DNA of 64,000 nt, taken from Anthoceros angustus (taxonomy: Eukaryota > Plantae > Anthocerotophyta). Position 1 is the first letter of the stretch; each line of letters starts with the position of its first letter. This document shows positions 60,788-64,000 of this stretch, piece after piece. The stretch spans positions 186,001 to 250,000 of the forward strand of contig VJWM01000204.1 of assembly GCA_010909165.1 (NCBI GenBank), read 5' to 3'. Below the pieces are notes generated by a model. That model saw only the letters and a program-made list of their open reading frames with translations. It searched no databases and had not been told where the DNA came from. Position numbers and translations under genes: made by a program.

Positions 60788-63017
60788 CTAACGAGCACGT
60801 ATTGTTGCCGCTACTTTGATGCCACCGGCCATGCTGAGTACGATATTCTTGTGATAACGGATCTGCTGGCCAGGAACAAGCTGGAACTTGAAGAAGCGGC
60901 ACAGCACAGCCATCACTATTTTGATCTGCAAGTAGGCTGCATCCTTGCCCAAACAGTTACGCGGTCCCGCCTGACAAAATGCATTGGGCCACGACTGACG
61001 GTCAGACCTTGTGAAGTGTAGAGCAGATAGAGCAGAAGGCAAGCATGTGAACTTGAAAAGCTGAAAACCAGGCCACCACCTGAAAAGCTGTGAACTTGAA
61101 AGGCGAGGCTGGCTGAAACACACCATCTTTGAGCCATCTTTCGGGCTTGAACTCCAAAGCATCGGGACCCCAGAGACTCGTTAACCGCCCCATTGAGTAG
61201 GGCACGTAGCAGATCATGTCTCCACTGCGCACCCTCATTCCATTGGGCAGCACATCGTCTGCCAGTGTTCCCTTCACGTCCTGCACCAGAGAGTCGGTAT
61301 TGACGGTTTACGGCATGGAGGATAGACAGCTGGTCTACTCCATGGTCATCTGTTAACCTTCAAAGGTATCAGTTTACCAGCGGAACAGAGGGATGAAGCC
61401 GGAGGGTTTCAGTCACAGCAGCATGCAAGTACTCGAAACTGGACACAACGCTCTGGTATCCGAGAAGCTGGACAAACTCCTCGATTAGTTTGTTGAGCTG
61501 AGTCTCATCCAAGGACTCCAGGCTGAAGTCTTCGACTCCTGTTCATGACCAAATAGGCAAGGGCAAATGAGTCTGCAAGCTTGGCCCCAAACAAAAAAAC
61601 GCGCACTCGTGTCAAATGTGCCTCAAGGTTACCAGTTTGTTGTTGGTTTCTCTCAAACGCACAGGCCTCCTCATAGATTTTGTCACCGACGTGGGGATGA
61701 ATACACAAACTGTGCATAAACCAGGACAGTGTCGAAGCCGTAGTGTCACGTCCAGCAAGGATGAAGTTCAAGACTGAGTCGCGGAGGGCCTTATCCGCAG
61801 CGTCCTTCCTCAGCTTCCCGTCATTGAATTCCTCACTTAGCATCATCAACCTGGAGAGCAGGTCTGCCCTAATCTGAACACCCACCCACCGACTTGTAAA
61901 CATCCAAACTTAGAAGACAGGAAGATGAAAGCAATGAGCAAATGGTGGGGGATAGAGTAGCCTCACCGGTTTCTCATCTTGCGTCAGGTTTGAGTCTGCA
62001 ACAGCTTCCAGTTCCGTTCTTCGGGTACGGATAACTTGATAGGTGAAATCATCTAGGTAAGAGCAGCTTTTGGGCAGGGTAGCTTCTTCACCGAGATGTA
62101 ATCTGCGTTTCAGTTTCCACAGTGGGTCCACGAATCGATCGCTGCAATTTCTGCTCGCTTGTTCAAATGCCCGAGCAAAGGGGACATCCGGCAAATGAGG
62201 TGACAGGCTTCCCACATCCACCCCAAACGCAACTTTACAGATGGAATCCAGGGTCAGGCGCAAGAACAGGTCCTGGACACAATGAAGTCAAAACCTGAAG
62301 GTTGAACCCTGACTCAGCCAAACGGCAAAATCCCCTTCAGTGCAGACAATCGGTGAGCATGTGGGTCACCTGCATCTCCAGAGATTTGTGGTCGAAGCAA
62401 GCGCGGGTGACCAAAGAGGCAAGAGCGAGCGAATTGCTTCGGTGCACAACTGAGCTGAAATCACGAAGGACCTTGGATGAAAACTCGAAGCTGGCTGTCT
62501 TCCGTTGCTTCTTCCACATCTCCCCATCCGTATTGAAGATGCCATCTCCCAGCAAAGGTTCCATCATCGTGTGGAAGGCTTCCCCCTACCCTGACATCAA
62601 ATGTTTTCATTGCCTACAAGGTAACGCACATACATGTTGAGTAGTCCCTCACAGCTGTTGCTAGCAGGTGGTGTGTACCTTGGGGTAGTTGGGGAAGTTG
62701 GTCTTGAGAATATGCTCACAGACGGCGGGATCAGCTGTAAACAGGTAGGTCTGGCCTCCCACGCGGGCTGAGAAGGTGAGGCTAGTTCCGGTGACCATGT
62801 AGTCTGTAACCCAGTCATACATCCTCTCAAAGTTGTAGTACATCTCAAACATTGAGCCAAAAATGGGCCAACACTTGGGACCTGATGGCATCGAACCATC
62901 CTGCCGCCGCCTTTGCACGACAACCAACAGGATGGTGCAGAAGAGAAGCAACAGGGCACTAAAAAACGCCACCCAGACCCCGATTTGATCAGTCCTCCCT
63001 GCATTGTCGACTTCCAT
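60788..63017 (-). CDS. CYP704: CYP704-like copy D
   Basis: [44 protein letters not shown] and AGPRNCLG; same intron positions as the other copies. Confidence 0.92.
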
Positions 63018-64000
63018 GTCGCAGACCTGCTCGTGACACAAACCAGATCAGTTATCCCTCAGCAGCAGCCCAATTCATCCCTCGAATGCAGACCAACTAC
63101 CCGGAGCTGCAGCTTAAGTATCCCAGGGGGCTTCAGTTCAACTCCTGCAGCTCACTTCTCACCTTCCTAAGTTCCTAGCTCATCACCATCGCTGACCGCG
63201 GTTGACGTCAGCACTTGGAATCTCTCTTTCATTATCTCTTCTATATGTTCCATCTTTCGACGTCTTCCTACAAGTAGATATCTGTGTCCTCCCCTGGACA
63301 GCAAATCGTGTCCATTCATTGCTTTTCACGGTCCCTTTTGCAGAAATTAAGCTAAGTTGCCAACCACTTAATCAGGCCTGCAAAAAAGGACACAGCTCCT
63401 GGCCACTCCACACTACACATGGTGCAGTGCCACACAAGAGGCCCCACTTCGCAGACTGCATCCATACATATGGATGCGACATACATACATATATGATGCG
63501 ACATGCTCCAGCCGGCACCGGAGCAGCAGTGGAGACCAGGTGCTTCCTCCATGCCTTGCGAGACAGGACCGAGTCCGGAATAAGAGCACCATAACCTGCT
63601 CACACCTGGTCTCAGAAGACTGCACATCTCAGGCAATTCAAATATCCATGCATGTAAGTAACTATGATGTACTAATGGAACAAAAGATCCCTGCATGTTC
63701 TTGATTGAATCTCCAGCTACCTAACCTTCACGAAATGCTGCAAGTCCCTTGCGTTATTTCACCTGATGACTGTAAGCCACGCACATTTTGTTGCTCTGAT
63801 GGTGAGAATCTCATGTGTAGTACGCATTCTTGATGTGGTCGAAGATTTTTCTTCAAGGGTGAAACAAGGATCAGCCCAGATCGTGTGGTCAGTTTATTCG
63901 ACACAAGTTTCCGACGCCAGAAACTGGCAGTACATAGCTATGTACATATACTGAGCATTGATGATGACATTGACATCATGTACGAGAACTGTGGGAGCAT

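Overview
Eukaryotic nuclear DNA from a compact, gene-dense land-plant genome with short (about 80-120 bp) GT-AG introns. Two centriole/flagellum genes (MORN3, TEDC1) and a PLS-class PPR editing factor point to a lineage with flagellated sperm; a bryophyte such as a hornwort is plausible but is inference. Positions 1-36.2 kb hold tightly packed genes: MSR-like O-fucosyltransferase (partial), MORN3, NAGK, NYN/C2H2 protein, a disrupted PHT1 phosphate transporter, a PPR-E+ protein, a secreted alpha/beta-hydrolase-like protein, a multi-exon type-I membrane protein with four ADAMTS-type thrombospondin-1 repeats plus EGF modules, TEDC1, NTMT1, RPC5, an HRGP/DUF7036-like protein and a CBM20 protein. 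Positions 36.8-43.3 kb are transposon-rich: a 1.25-kb tandem duplication, a CRE/RLE-type LINE remnant and a 1.45-kb foldback element with about 585-bp inverted arms. Positions 43.3-64 kb are a minus-strand CYP704-like array with 4 full-length copies (one a precise chimera inside a 4.2-kb tandem duplication) and 2 deleted copies, interleaved with F-box relics, a SINE-like insert and a decayed Copia element. Many 1-2 bp indels look like uncorrected long-read errors, so frameshift-based pseudogene calls need caution. The most unusual candidate is the TSP1/EGF receptor-like gene arranged head-to-head with the centriole gene TEDC1. All gene models were spliced and translated by eye, and family assignments are from recalled motifs, not database searches.
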